A stretch of DNA of 64,000 nucleotides from positions 8,522 to 72,521 of the forward strand of contig JAFGGL010000063.1 of NCBI GenBank assembly GCA_016930575.1, written 5' to 3'. How positions within the stretch are numbered: position 1 is the first letter of the stretch; each line of letters opens with the position of its first letter. The notes beneath the pieces are model-generated. The model was not told the origin of the DNA and did no database searches. It was given only the letters and a program-made list of their open reading frames with translations. Below, one piece after another: positions 26,569 through 35,559 of this stretch. The DNA is from Clostridiales bacterium. GTDB lineage: Bacteria; Bacillota; Clostridia; Christensenellales; Aristaeellaceae. The translations under genes and the position numbers were made by a program.

Positions 26569-27924
26569 TTGAGCGTATCCATTTCCTATGATTCCGACCG
26601 CAGGCTGACGATATCCGGCATCCGCTGCGATTGCGGGCTTGACCACCGGCTGCCGACGCAGGACATCTACGTAGGCAGCGGGATCGTCAAGCATACGCCC
26701 GCGTATATCAGGAAACGCGGGCTTGGCACGCGCTGCGTGCTGGTGGCCGACCGGAACACCTGGCCGCTTGCGGGCAAGGCTTTGGCGGAGAACCTGGCAA
26801 GCGAGGGCTTTTCGGTCATCCGCTGCGTCATCGCCCGCGACGGCGTGATGGACCCGGACGAGCGCGCCTGCGGCGAGGTGCTGCTGTCCATACAGCCCGA
26901 GACTGAGTTCCTGGTCGCGGTCGGTTCCGGCAGCATCACAGACACCACGCGCATCAACGCCATGCGCTGCGGTCTTCCGTTCGTCAGCGTCGGCACGGCG
27001 CCGTCGATGGACGGGTACACCTCCGTGGTCGCCCCGCTTCTTTTGCGCAGCGTGAAGATCCACCGCGCGGGCGTGTGCCCGGAGATCATCGTGTGCGATA
27101 CGCAGATCCTGCGCACCGCGCCGCCGGACATGGTGTGCTCCGGCGTGGGCGACGTGCTGGGCAAGTACATCGCCAAGGCGGACTGGATGATCGGAAGCAT
27201 CATAAACGGGGAGACCTACTGCGATGTGTGCGGTGATATCGTCACCGGGGCGATCAAAAAGCTGCTCCAAAACATCGACGCCATCCGCAGCCGCAGCGAA
27301 GAAGGTATTCAAATACTGATCGAAGCGCTGCTGCTGTCGGGGATGACGATCATGATCATCGGCAATACGCGCGCGGTGGCCTCGGTGGAGCACAACATCG
27401 CGCATTACTGGGAGATGATGCAGCTTCTCCACAGCCACCACCCGCCCGCCCACGGAGCGTCCGTCGGCGTGGCGACGCTGCTGGCCTGGCCGATGTACAC
27501 GCGCTTCGCCGGGGAGGATTTGTCCAAGCTTGATTTGGATGCTATCAAAGCCAAACGCATTTCACGCGCGCAGCGCGAAGCCTGGATGCTAAAAGCCTTT
27601 GAGGAGGAAGCCGCGCAAAACATCATGCGCGACAATCCTGATGATTTTCTAATCTGGGAGGAACAGAAACGGCGCATCCGGACCGCACAGGAAAACCAGC
27701 AGAAAATCCGCGACGCCATCGCCCTGCTGCCGCCGTATGAAGATATCCTCGCCGCCATGTCAAAACTCGGCGCGCTCCTGACGCCCGCTGAGTGCGGTAT
27801 CGATACCAAACTTTTGAGCCTCTCCATGCGCTGCGCCAAGGACTACCGCTCCCGCTATACCCTCTTCAAGCTCATCGCCGAATGCGGCCTGGAGGATGAG
27901 TATTTCTGCGGGTATCCGATTTAG
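26569..27924 (+). CDS. sn-glycerol-1-phosphate dehydrogenase-like protein (AraM/EgsA, iron-dependent alcohol dehydrogenase superfamily)
   Basis: TTG start after GAGGGGG. VAVGSGSITDTTR, SVGTAPSMDGYTS and GVGDVLGKY follow the G1PDH/DHQS-like pattern as I recall it. Confidence 0.65.
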   Translation: MSVSISYDSDRRLTISGIRCDCGLDHRLPTQDIYVGSGIVKHTPAYIRKRGLGTRCVLVADRNTWPLAGKALAENLASEGFSVIRCVIARDGVMDPDERACGEVLLSIQPETEFLVAVGSGSITDTTRINAMRCGLPFVSVGTAPSMDGYTSVVAPLLLRSVKIHRAGVCPEIIVCDTQILRTAPPDMVCSGVGDVLGKYIAKADWMIGSIINGETYCDVCGDIVTGAIKKLLQNIDAIRSRSEEGIQILIEALLLSGMTIMIIGNTRAVASVEHNIAHYWEMMQLLHSHHPPAHGASVGVATLLAWPMYTRFAGEDLSKLDLDAIKAKRISRAQREAWMLKAFEEEAAQNIMRDNPDDFLIWEEQKRRIRTAQENQQKIRDAIALLPPYEDILAAMSKLGALLTPAECGIDTKLLSLSMRCAKDYRSRYTLFKLIAECGLEDEYFCGYPI

Positions 27925-27930
27925 AGGACG

Positions 27931-28195
27931 ATAGGGGCTTCCCACTCAGTTTTATTGTCGCGTGCATCGCTGCCGCTTACACGCTTTGTAAAACTTCCCA
28001 ACTCCGGTTCGCTAGCCGCTTCGCGGCTGTGCCGCACAGGGCACACGCTCTCCTTCGTTGCCCCAAACCCCAGTTAAGGACAATGTCCTTACCAATCCAT
28101 TATAATAGCCGCGCTGCGCGCGGCTATTATTGATGGGATAACTAAGGACGCTGCCCTTAGTTGCGGGGTATAGGGACGCACAGCCCCCATAATTC
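27931..28195 (+). repeat. Mosaic hairpin repeat copy R4
   Basis: Fills the entire spacer between convergent genes. Hairpins at 28014-28028, 28029-28044, 28075-28091, 28102-28130 (12-bp stem) and 28142-28160. Colinear with the reverse complement of R3. Confidence 0.7.
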
Positions 28196-28199
28196 TGCG

Positions 28200-29675
28200 C
28201 TAAAGCATTACCCCCGTCTTGAATATGGCGATGCTGCGGTAATCGTTGATCTCGTTGCGGGCGCGGCGGCCGCTTGCGATTTGGAAAACGAGTTCCGTCA
28301 GTTCGTCTGTGAGTTGGTCCATGGTATGCGTGGTCAGCAGCCGTCCGGCGTCGAAATCGATCCAGTTTTTCTTGTTTTCGGCCAGCTCCGAATTGCTGGA
28401 GATTTTCACCGTCGGCACCGGTCCGCCGAACGGCGTGCCCCTGCCCGTGGAGAACAACACGATCTGCGCGCCCGCAGCCGCCAGCGCGGTGGTGGATACC
28501 AAGTCGTTTCCAGGCGCGGTCAGCAGGATCAGCCCGGATTTGTTCACGCGTCCGCCGTAAGGCAACACGCCGCGTACGGCGGCGGAGCCGCTTTTCTGCG
28601 TGCAGCCAAGCGCCTTATCCTCCAGCGTCGTGATCCCGCCCTGTATGTTGCCGGGCGAAGGGTTTTCATAGATCGGCTGGTTATGCTCTTCGTAATAGCG
28701 CTTGAAGCCGTTGATCATCCCCACGGTATCCTGAAATATCGCTTCGGTCTCGCAGCGGTCCATCAGCAGTGTTTCCGCGCCGAACATCTCCGGCACTTCG
28801 GTGAGCACTGCCGCACCGCCCATGGCGATCAGCCTGTCCGAAAACCCACCGATCAATGGATTGGCCGTGATGCCGGACAGTCCGTCCGAACCCCCGCATT
28901 TCAACCCGACGATCAACCGGTCCGCCGGGATCTCCTCGCGCTTGTCTTTTTGCATTGCGTCGGCAAGCTCTTTAAGCAGCCGCATGCCGATCTCCAGCTC
29001 ATCGCCGGTCTCCTGCATCACCATGAACCGCACGCGCTTCTCGTCGAACGGCGGCATGCTTGCCCTGATCACGTCCACGGGGCTGTTCTCGCAGCCGAGT
29101 CCAAGCACCAGCACGCCGCCGGCGTTGGGATGCACGGCAAGGTCCGCGAGTATCGTTCGCGTATCCTTCTGGTCATCCCCCAGCTGCGAGCAGCCGAAGG
29201 GATGCTCAAACACGCTGACGCCCTCCACCGGACCGCCGACCAGCGACTGCGCGCGCTGCCGCAGGGCACGGGTCGCGTCGCCTACGCACCCGACGGTCGG
29301 GATGATCCACAGCTCGTTGCGCACGCCCGTGCGCCCGTATCTACGCTTATACCCCCGGAATGTCCGCGCGGGAACGCTTTCCAAAGCAAACGGTTTGGGC
29401 GTGTATCGATAGTCCGCCTCGCCGGAAAGCATGGTTTTCAGGTTATGTGTATGCACGAGTTCGCCCGCGGTGATATCCTTCACCGCCGCGCCGATCGGCA
29501 GCCCGTACTTGAGTACCGGCGTATCCTTTGCGATCGGGCGCAGGGCGATCTTATGCCCGGCGGGTATATCATCGCGCAGCGTCAGTCCGTTTTCCCATAT
29601 CGTATCCCCCCGGCGAAGCGGCTGCAGCGCAACCGCGACGTTGTCGTCCGGATGAATCAAAACCGTTTGTTTCAT
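28200..29675 (-). CDS. uxaA: Altronate dehydratase
   Basis: Internal ATG at 29675 gives MKQTVLIHPDDNVAVALQPL..GHKIAL (SAF domain) followed by the GD_AH_C-type C-terminal domain. Confidence 0.88.
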   Translation of the reverse strand: MKQTVLIHPDDNVAVALQPLRRGDTIWENGLTLRDDIPAGHKIALRPIAKDTPVLKYGLPIGAAVKDITAGELVHTHNLKTMLSGEADYRYTPKPFALESVPARTFRGYKRRYGRTGVRNELWIIPTVGCVGDATRALRQRAQSLVGGPVEGVSVFEHPFGCSQLGDDQKDTRTILADLAVHPNAGGVLVLGLGCENSPVDVIRASMPPFDEKRVRFMVMQETGDELEIGMRLLKELADAMQKDKREEIPADRLIVGLKCGGSDGLSGITANPLIGGFSDRLIAMGGAAVLTEVPEMFGAETLLMDRCETEAIFQDTVGMINGFKRYYEEHNQPIYENPSPGNIQGGITTLEDKALGCTQKSGSAAVRGVLPYGGRVNKSGLILLTAPGNDLVSTTALAAAGAQIVLFSTGRGTPFGGPVPTVKISSNSELAENKKNWIDFDAGRLLTTHTMDQLTDELTELVFQIASGRRARNEINDYRSIAIFKTGVML

Positions 29676-29705
29676 AGCCTTGCCCTCGCGCCCTCCTGCG
29701 GAATA

Positions 29706-29719
29706 TGTAAATGGTTTCA
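29706..29719. promoter_or_regulatory. Possible cre (CcpA) site TGTAAATGGTTTCA in the uxaA/uxaC divergent region
   Basis: One mismatch to TGWAANCGNTNWCA (T instead of C at position 7). Confidence 0.25.
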
Positions 29720-29809
29720 CTTCTCTGCATATCATACTCCGGATCGGCGTATGCGTCAATCTTTTCTCCTTTTATATGGCTTTTCACGGTTTTATTTTCT
29801 GCGGGCATC

Positions 29810-29837
29810 TTGCTTTTTTAAAAAATAACTCTATAAT
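29810..29837 (+). promoter_or_regulatory. Candidate uxaC promoter (-35 TTGCTT, 16 nt, -10 TATAAT)
   Basis: Read directly. Confidence 0.45.
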
Positions 29838-29901
29838 AAATGCAGAATATCAGGTAAGTGTTTACATTCCCGTTCCCCTCCCTGCCGTAAGGAGTGTTTC
29901 A

Positions 29902-31305
29902 ATGAAAGCGTTCATGGATCAGGATTTCCTGCTCAGTACCGAAACGGCGAAACGGCTGTACCACGAGGCCGCTGCCGGCTGCCCGATCATTGATTACCAC
30001 TGCCATATCGATCCGCGCGAGATCTACGAGGACCGGCGGTACGAAACCATCACGCAGGTATGGCTCGGTGGCGACCACTATAAGTGGCGGCTGATGCGCT
30101 ACGCGGGTGTGCCGGAGGAATATATCACGGGCGGCGCAAGCGACTACGAGAAGTTTTACAAGTATGCGGAAGTGCTGTCCAGGTGCGTCGGCAACCCGGT
30201 CTATCACTGGAGCCATATGGAACTGCAGCGCTACTTCGGCTATACCGGAACGCTGAGCGCAAAGACTGCCGACGAGGTTTGGGAGCTGGCGAACGCCAAA
30301 CTCGCAAGCGACGGCTTCACCGTGCGCGGGCTGATCAACCGAAGCAACGTGGAGCTGATCTGCACCACCGACGACCCGACGGACAGCCTGGAGTGGCACC
30401 GCAAGCTAGCCGCGGACGGCAGCTTCCGTACGGCCGTGCTGCCCGCCTGGCGGCCGGACAAGGCCATGAACATCGAAAAGCCGGATTTTTCTCAGTATCT
30501 GCAGAAACTCGAGAAAACGGCAAAGGTGGATATCACGTCCTTCGCAAGCCTCAAGGAAGCGCTGCGCGCGCGCCTTGCCTGGTTTGCCGAGAACCGCTGC
30601 TCGCTGAGCGACCATGCGCTGGATTACGCCATGTACGCGCCGGCGTCCGACGAAGAGATCGAGCACATCTTCGCCGACAAACTGGTGGGCGGGGACATCG
30701 GCGAACAGGATGTGTTCAGGTACAAGACCGCGTTCATGCTCTTCGTCGCCGGGGAATACCGGCGCATGGGCTGGGTGATGCAGCTGCATTACGGCTGCCG
30801 CCGCAACAACAACCCGGTGATGTTTGATTTACTTGGCCCCGACACGGGCTACGACGCCATCGACACCTACACCCCGTCGGCGCAACTGGCGGCGCTGCTG
30901 GGCGCGATGGAGCAAGCAGGCGGGCTCCCAAAGACCATCCTCTACAGCCTGAACCCCTATGACAACGCCGCCATCGATTCGGTCTGCGGCTGTTTCCAAA
31001 ACGGCGAAGCCGTATGCAAGGTCCAGCACGGCTCCGCCTGGTGGTTCAATGACCATCTCGCGGGCATCACCGAACAGCTGACCTCGCTTGCCAACCTGGG
31101 GTATTTGGCGGGCTTTGTCGGCATGCTGACCGACAGCCGGAGCTTTTTAAGCTATCCGCGCCACGAGTACTTCCGCCGCATCCTCTGCCGCCTGCTTGGC
31201 GAGTGGGTGGCGGACGGCCTGTACCCCGACGATTTCGAAACGCTTTCGCAGATCGTGCGCGGCGTCTGCTGCGACAACGCCCGGGCGTATTTCGCGTTTG
31301 CGTAA
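29902..31305 (+). CDS. uxaC: Glucuronate isomerase
   Basis: Internal ATG at 29902 after AAGGAG gives MKAFMDQDFLLSTETAKRLYH...PIIDYHCHIDP...GDHYKWRLMR. Confidence 0.93.
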   Translation: MKAFMDQDFLLSTETAKRLYHEAAAGCPIIDYHCHIDPREIYEDRRYETITQVWLGGDHYKWRLMRYAGVPEEYITGGASDYEKFYKYAEVLSRCVGNPVYHWSHMELQRYFGYTGTLSAKTADEVWELANAKLASDGFTVRGLINRSNVELICTTDDPTDSLEWHRKLAADGSFRTAVLPAWRPDKAMNIEKPDFSQYLQKLEKTAKVDITSFASLKEALRARLAWFAENRCSLSDHALDYAMYAPASDEEIEHIFADKLVGGDIGEQDVFRYKTAFMLFVAGEYRRMGWVMQLHYGCRRNNNPVMFDLLGPDTGYDAIDTYTPSAQLAALLGAMEQAGGLPKTILYSLNPYDNAAIDSVCGCFQNGEAVCKVQHGSAWWFNDHLAGITEQLTSLANLGYLAGFVGMLTDSRSFLSYPRHEYFRRILCRLLGEWVADGLYPDDFETLSQIVRGVCCDNARAYFAFA

Positions 31306-31323
31306 ACATGAGAATTGCAGGTT

Positions 31324-31345
31324 TGGGGGCAAATAGCCCCCTTTT
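31324..31345 (+). terminator. Intrinsic terminator (GGGGGC aaata GCCCCC then TTTTT)
   Basis: Read directly. Confidence 0.7.
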
Positions 31346-31376
31346 TATTTACAAAGTCCCGTTTATGTTATGGTTT

Positions 31377-31405
31377 CTTGACAATAAACACGTTGACGGC
31401 TATCA
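31377..31405 (+). promoter_or_regulatory. Candidate glyQS promoter (-35 TTGACA, 17 nt, -10 TATCAT)
   Basis: Read directly. The leader is only about 35 nt. Confidence 0.5.
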
Positions 31406-31440
31406 TGAAACTACTTTTAATGAATGGCTGGAGGAAGAGC

Positions 31441-32826
31441 ATGGCGGACGTGACGATGGACAAGCTGGTAGCCCTGTGCAAAAACCGCGGATTTATTTTC
31501 GCCGGCAGCGAGATCTACGGCGGCTTGGCCAACGCCTGGGACTACGGCCCGCTGGGCGTGGAGCTCAAAAACAACGTAAAAAAGGCCTGGTGGCAGAAGT
31601 TTGTGCAGGAAAACAAGTACAACGTCGGCCTGGACAGCGCCATTCTGATGAACCGCAACGTATGGGTCGCCAGCGGGCACGTGGGCACATTCAACGATCC
31701 GCTGATGGACTGCAAGGCCTGCAAGGCGCGCTTCCGCGCCGACCAGTTGATTGAAGATTTCTGCAAGGAACGCGGCGAAGAGATCGTCGCCGATGGCTGG
31801 AGCAATGAAAAATACGAGCAATATATATCCGACAATCAAATCGCCTGCCCCATCTGCGGCAAACACGATTTTACGGGCATCCGCAAGTTCAACCTAATGT
31901 TTAGAACTCATCAAGGCGTAAACCTGGATACCGCGGCGGAACTTTACCTGCGCCCGGAAACCGCGCAGGGCATCTTCGTGAACTTTAAAAACATCGTGCG
32001 CGCCACACGCCGCAAGCTGCCCATGGGCGTATGCCAGATCGGAAAAGCTTTCCGCAACGAGATCACGCCGGGCAATTTCATCTTCCGCACCCGCGAATTC
32101 GAACAGATGGAACTGGAGTTCTTCTGCAAACCCGGGGAGGACCTGGAATGGTTTGATTACTGGCGCGCGTTCTGCCGCGACTGGCTGAGGAGCCTGGGCA
32201 TGAAGGAGGAAAACCTCCGCCTGCGCGACCACAGCCCCGAGGAGCTTTCGCATTACTCCAACGCCACCACGGATTTCGAGTTCCGCTTCCCCTTCGGCTG
32301 GGGCGAGCTCTGGGGCGTGGCCGACCGCACCGATTACGATTTGAAAGCCCACCAGCGCGTGAGCGGCGAGAACATGGAATACATCGACCTCGTCACAAAC
32401 GAGCGCTTCATCCCCTATGTGATCGAGCCCTCGCTGGGCGCCGACCGCGTGCTTTTGGCCTTCCTGTGCGACGCGTACGCGGAAGAGGAATTGGTAAACG
32501 ACAGCCGCGTGGTGCTGCATTTACATCCCGCGCTGGCGCCGTTCAAGGCCGCCGTACTCCCTCTGCAGAAAAACAAGCTGGGCGAACTGGCGGTCTCGGT
32601 GTATGAGAAACTATCCGGGAAATTCATGGTGGATTACGACGAAACGGGCTCCATCGGCAAGCGCTACCGTCGGCAGGACGAGATCGGCACCCCGTTTTGC
32701 ATCACGATCGATTTCGATACGCAGGAGGACAATACCGTCACCGTGCGCGACCGCGACAACATGGAACAGATCCGCCTGCCGATCGACGAGCTAGAAAGCT
32801 ATATCGAAAGTAAGCTTATCTTCTAA
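31441..32826 (+). CDS. glyQS: Glycine--tRNA ligase (homodimeric class II type)
   Basis: Internal ATG at 31441 after GGAGGAAGAG gives [39 protein letters not shown]. Also [25 protein letters not shown]. Confidence 0.95.
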   Translation: MADVTMDKLVALCKNRGFIFAGSEIYGGLANAWDYGPLGVELKNNVKKAWWQKFVQENKYNVGLDSAILMNRNVWVASGHVGTFNDPLMDCKACKARFRADQLIEDFCKERGEEIVADGWSNEKYEQYISDNQIACPICGKHDFTGIRKFNLMFRTHQGVNLDTAAELYLRPETAQGIFVNFKNIVRATRRKLPMGVCQIGKAFRNEITPGNFIFRTREFEQMELEFFCKPGEDLEWFDYWRAFCRDWLRSLGMKEENLRLRDHSPEELSHYSNATTDFEFRFPFGWGELWGVADRTDYDLKAHQRVSGENMEYIDLVTNERFIPYVIEPSLGADRVLLAFLCDAYAEEELVNDSRVVLHLHPALAPFKAAVLPLQKNKLGELAVSVYEKLSGKFMVDYDETGSIGKRYRRQDEIGTPFCITIDFDTQEDNTVTVRDRDNMEQIRLPIDELESYIESKLIF

Positions 32827-32844
32827 ATATAAAGCCCCGTATTC

Positions 32845-33013
32845 TATTAGGCAAACGATGATTGAAACCTCGTGCGATGCCGAGTTGGATTTTCATCGGC
32901 TTGCGTTTGCAGGGCCCGAAGTAGTAGCAGCGCTACGTCGAGGGTTCTGCAGGCGCAAGCTGGTGGAAATACGACCGGCAGCGTGCGGGGGCTTCAGTCA
33001 GCGTTTGCCTAAT
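32845..33013 (+). ncRNA. 169-nt structured element bounded by 12-bp perfect inverted termini (ATTAGGCAAACG / CGTTTGCCTAAT); candidate 3'-UTR RNA or MITE-like repeat
   Basis: An internal 18-bp helix pairs 32899-32916 with 32941-32958 and contains four G-U pairs that would be A-C mismatches on the other strand. A nested hairpin is GTAGC agc GCTAC. Confidence 0.4.
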
Positions 33014-34562
33014 CTATAACAACGCCTAAGTTTTCCAGGAACCAGCCCTTCCAAGAGATCTCCTCCGTAAAGCCGTCTGTTTGACTGCCGCCGACAAAGA
33101 AGGCGACGCGCCTGGCGTTGGCAGCATGCAGCAGGGTATTGGTAAGCGAATAGGCAAGCAGCCGGTCCTCGTCTGCGCTCAATCCCTGCCCGGCCGCAAG
33201 AAACGAATTGCTAAAGTTCACAAGCAGCGTATCCCCGTCCAGAGAGATTCCGATGATATCGGGATCTTTCATCGCTCCGGCGGGAAGCAGCGCCTGCGCG
33301 TCCTTTACGCTGTCCTCCGCCGACGGGCCTCTGAACAGTTCCGTCAGCAGCGCGCGCGGATTGGAGGTCCTGTAAAACGCAATCGGGCGGCTGACCGTAA
33401 TCAGCTTCTGCCGCGCACTGTCGGCGAAATACAGGGTCGCGTTGTCCATCAACAGCGCCGCGAAGTCCGCGCGCCTCTGGATGCCGTTGTCAAACAGGAT
33501 GCCGCTGGTGCTGCCAAGCATCACATGCTCCACGAGCTCACTGTCGATATACACCTCGATGCCCGCGACGTTTGGCAGGAAGGTGGTCAGCGTATAGCAC
33601 AGCGCCGCCATGCAGCTGGCGCGCGGTATGCCTGCCGCCCGCAGCATCTCGTCCAGCAGGTAGCTGAATTCAAGCGTGATCAGGTTGCCGCCGATACTTG
33701 AAGGCTGTGAGATCTGCGGTGTGTCCAGCAGGTATTCCGTCAGCAGCGACATCGCCGGGGAGCCCCGCACCACGGCCGCGCCGACGGAGATCTCCCGCAT
33801 CAGTGTAACAGCCATATCATCCGGCTTCATGCTGTCGAATGTGATATTACGCGCCTCGGCCATCACGCCGTTGATGTGGGCCAGCGGGAAGTATAGCGTC
33901 GCCGTCGCGGTCAGGCGCTTTTCTCCGGCGTTCTCGCCGGACGTCACGCGGCGGGATAATTGCTGTTCGTACAGCGCGTCGATGTCCTCCCCCATGCTGC
34001 GGGTCAGCGCGCCGGCAGGCAGCGTGGAGGCCAGGTCCAGCGGGATCGCCTTATCCGCGACCAGGGTATTGACATACTGGATGTTTTCCATTTCCGTCAG
34101 TGTGTTGGTGATAGCGTGGCTGACGAGGCAAAGGGTCTTGCGGTCCAGCTGCAGCGCGGACGCCGCCAGGTTGACCGTCGCCACATCGCCGCTGACTTCC
34201 ACGGGGTTTGCGCCGTACAGCGACAGCTTCACATCCCCGCCCAGCGGCGAAGCGATAGAACTTCCCGGCTGCTCAAGGAGCAGCCGCACGATGCTTTCCG
34301 CCGTCAGCCGCCCTTCGGACAGCGGTATGGTATCCGTTACGCTGATCAGGCGGGCTCCGTCGTGGCGGGGCAGGTAGAACACGGCCGGCTGCGTATACTC
34401 AAGCATCGCGTCACCGATCGGCGCGACGAAAGCGGTCTGCACCTCAGGCAAAGCGTAGGCTTTGCCGTCGGATACGGGAATGCCCGCGTTAATGCAGGAA
34501 GAAAGGCACAGCGCGGCGCAAAGCACTGCCGTCAACGCCAAGTATTTTTTCCGTCCTCTCAT
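33009..34562 (-). CDS. GerMN-domain lipoprotein
   Basis: Lipobox ALCLSSC. Repeated GerMN-like segments (..FYLPRHDGARLISV.., ..ATLYFPL..). Confidence 0.7.
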   Translation of the reverse strand: MRGRKKYLALTAVLCAALCLSSCINAGIPVSDGKAYALPEVQTAFVAPIGDAMLEYTQPAVFYLPRHDGARLISVTDTIPLSEGRLTAESIVRLLLEQPGSSIASPLGGDVKLSLYGANPVEVSGDVATVNLAASALQLDRKTLCLVSHAITNTLTEMENIQYVNTLVADKAIPLDLASTLPAGALTRSMGEDIDALYEQQLSRRVTSGENAGEKRLTATATLYFPLAHINGVMAEARNITFDSMKPDDMAVTLMREISVGAAVVRGSPAMSLLTEYLLDTPQISQPSSIGGNLITLEFSYLLDEMLRAAGIPRASCMAALCYTLTTFLPNVAGIEVYIDSELVEHVMLGSTSGILFDNGIQRRADFAALLMDNATLYFADSARQKLITVSRPIAFYRTSNPRALLTELFRGPSAEDSVKDAQALLPAGAMKDPDIIGISLDGDTLLVNFSNSFLAAGQGLSADEDRLLAYSLTNTLLHAANARRVAFFVGGSQTDGFTEEISWKGWFLENLGVVID

Positions 34563-34578
34563 GTCCGCACGCTCCGCA

Positions 34579-35559
34579 TCATGTTTCCGGTACCAGCGCC
34601 GTCAGGCGCGTATACTCCATCTTCCATACGCCGTTTTCGCGTATCAGCTGCAAAGGATAGTTTAATAGCTTCTCCTCACCGCCCTGCGCGATCATACGCA
34701 GGAAGACCGTGACCACGGCTGCCTGTCCGTCAAGGTACACGCTGCCTCCGTTTACTGAAAGCACCTCGACCGCCGGCGCTGAATCCAGCGCTTCCACGAA
34801 GGCTGAATAGGCCGGCTTGCCCGCATACGCCAGATACTTGTACATGCGCTCAAAATCCTTCTGCGACCAGGCGTTCAGTATCGTTTTCACGGTGTTCTGC
34901 GGCGTCAGCAGCAGCGCTTCGTCGCGGATGACCGGCTCGCTCGGGCCCGCGGAGCCGTCCAGAAAGTACGAGTTATCAAGCCGCAGGCTTAACTGCATCT
35001 CGTTTTCGCGGTGCACCAGAAACTGCACGCCCGTATATGGATAGCTTTCCGTAACCGACGCCGCGATGCTCTGCGTGACCAGTTCCCTTAGCAGCGGCGC
35101 CTCCGTTGTCCAGGCATCGTTGTTGGCCCAATCCCCGGGGATATCGTCGTTAAGAAACGCCTCGTTGAATGTGATAAACAGCACCTGCCCGTTGTTGGAA
35201 ACGCCTTCGATCTGCGCGTCCGCGGGGATCAGCCGCCGCAAATCCGCGTTGCCCGCGCTGGGGCCCGAAAGCAGCGCCTCGATAATCGCCTGTTCGGGCC
35301 GCTGGTCGCGCCGCAAGGTGATGACGCGGCTTTCCCCCGCCAGCATCGGTTCGTCCAGATAGCGGAAGTAGAGCGTCGCCTTGATTTGGCTGACGTTGCT
35401 GTCCCCGGCCGACGCCGCGTACAGTTCCTCCGAAAGCCCGGGGGCAGCCGTCGCCTCGTTTTTCGCCAGGGGATTGAGCTGTTCAAAGCAGCCGGAAAGC
35501 AGCAGCGGCAGCACGAGAACGAGGACCAGCAACGCAAGGCGCGGTTTTTGCTTCATCAT
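34579..35559 (-). CDS. GerMN-domain lipoprotein
   Basis: Lipobox LLLSGC. ATLYFRYLDEPMLAGESRVITL...IIEALLSGP is the GerMN pattern. Its start overlaps the kinase stop (ATGATGA). Confidence 0.72.
   Translation of the reverse strand: MMKQKPRLALLVLVLVLPLLLSGCFEQLNPLAKNEATAAPGLSEELYAASAGDSNVSQIKATLYFRYLDEPMLAGESRVITLRRDQRPEQAIIEALLSGPSAGNADLRRLIPADAQIEGVSNNGQVLFITFNEAFLNDDIPGDWANNDAWTTEAPLLRELVTQSIAASVTESYPYTGVQFLVHRENEMQLSLRLDNSYFLDGSAGPSEPVIRDEALLLTPQNTVKTILNAWSQKDFERMYKYLAYAGKPAYSAFVEALDSAPAVEVLSVNGGSVYLDGQAAVVTVFLRMIAQGGEEKLLNYPLQLIRENGVWKMEYTRLTALVPET

Noticed and set aside
28161-29828. 555-aa plus-strand ORF
   Set aside because: It is entirely antisense to uxaA, which has clear family motifs. 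The translation is R/H/G/A-rich, typical of shadow frames in GC-rich genes, and it has no RBS.
31306-31440. Looked for a glycine T-box leader upstream of glyQS
   Set aside because: Only 135 nt are available, and these are occupied by the uxaC terminator and a promoter about 35 nt from the start codon. No specifier loop, T-box sequence or antiterminator is visible.
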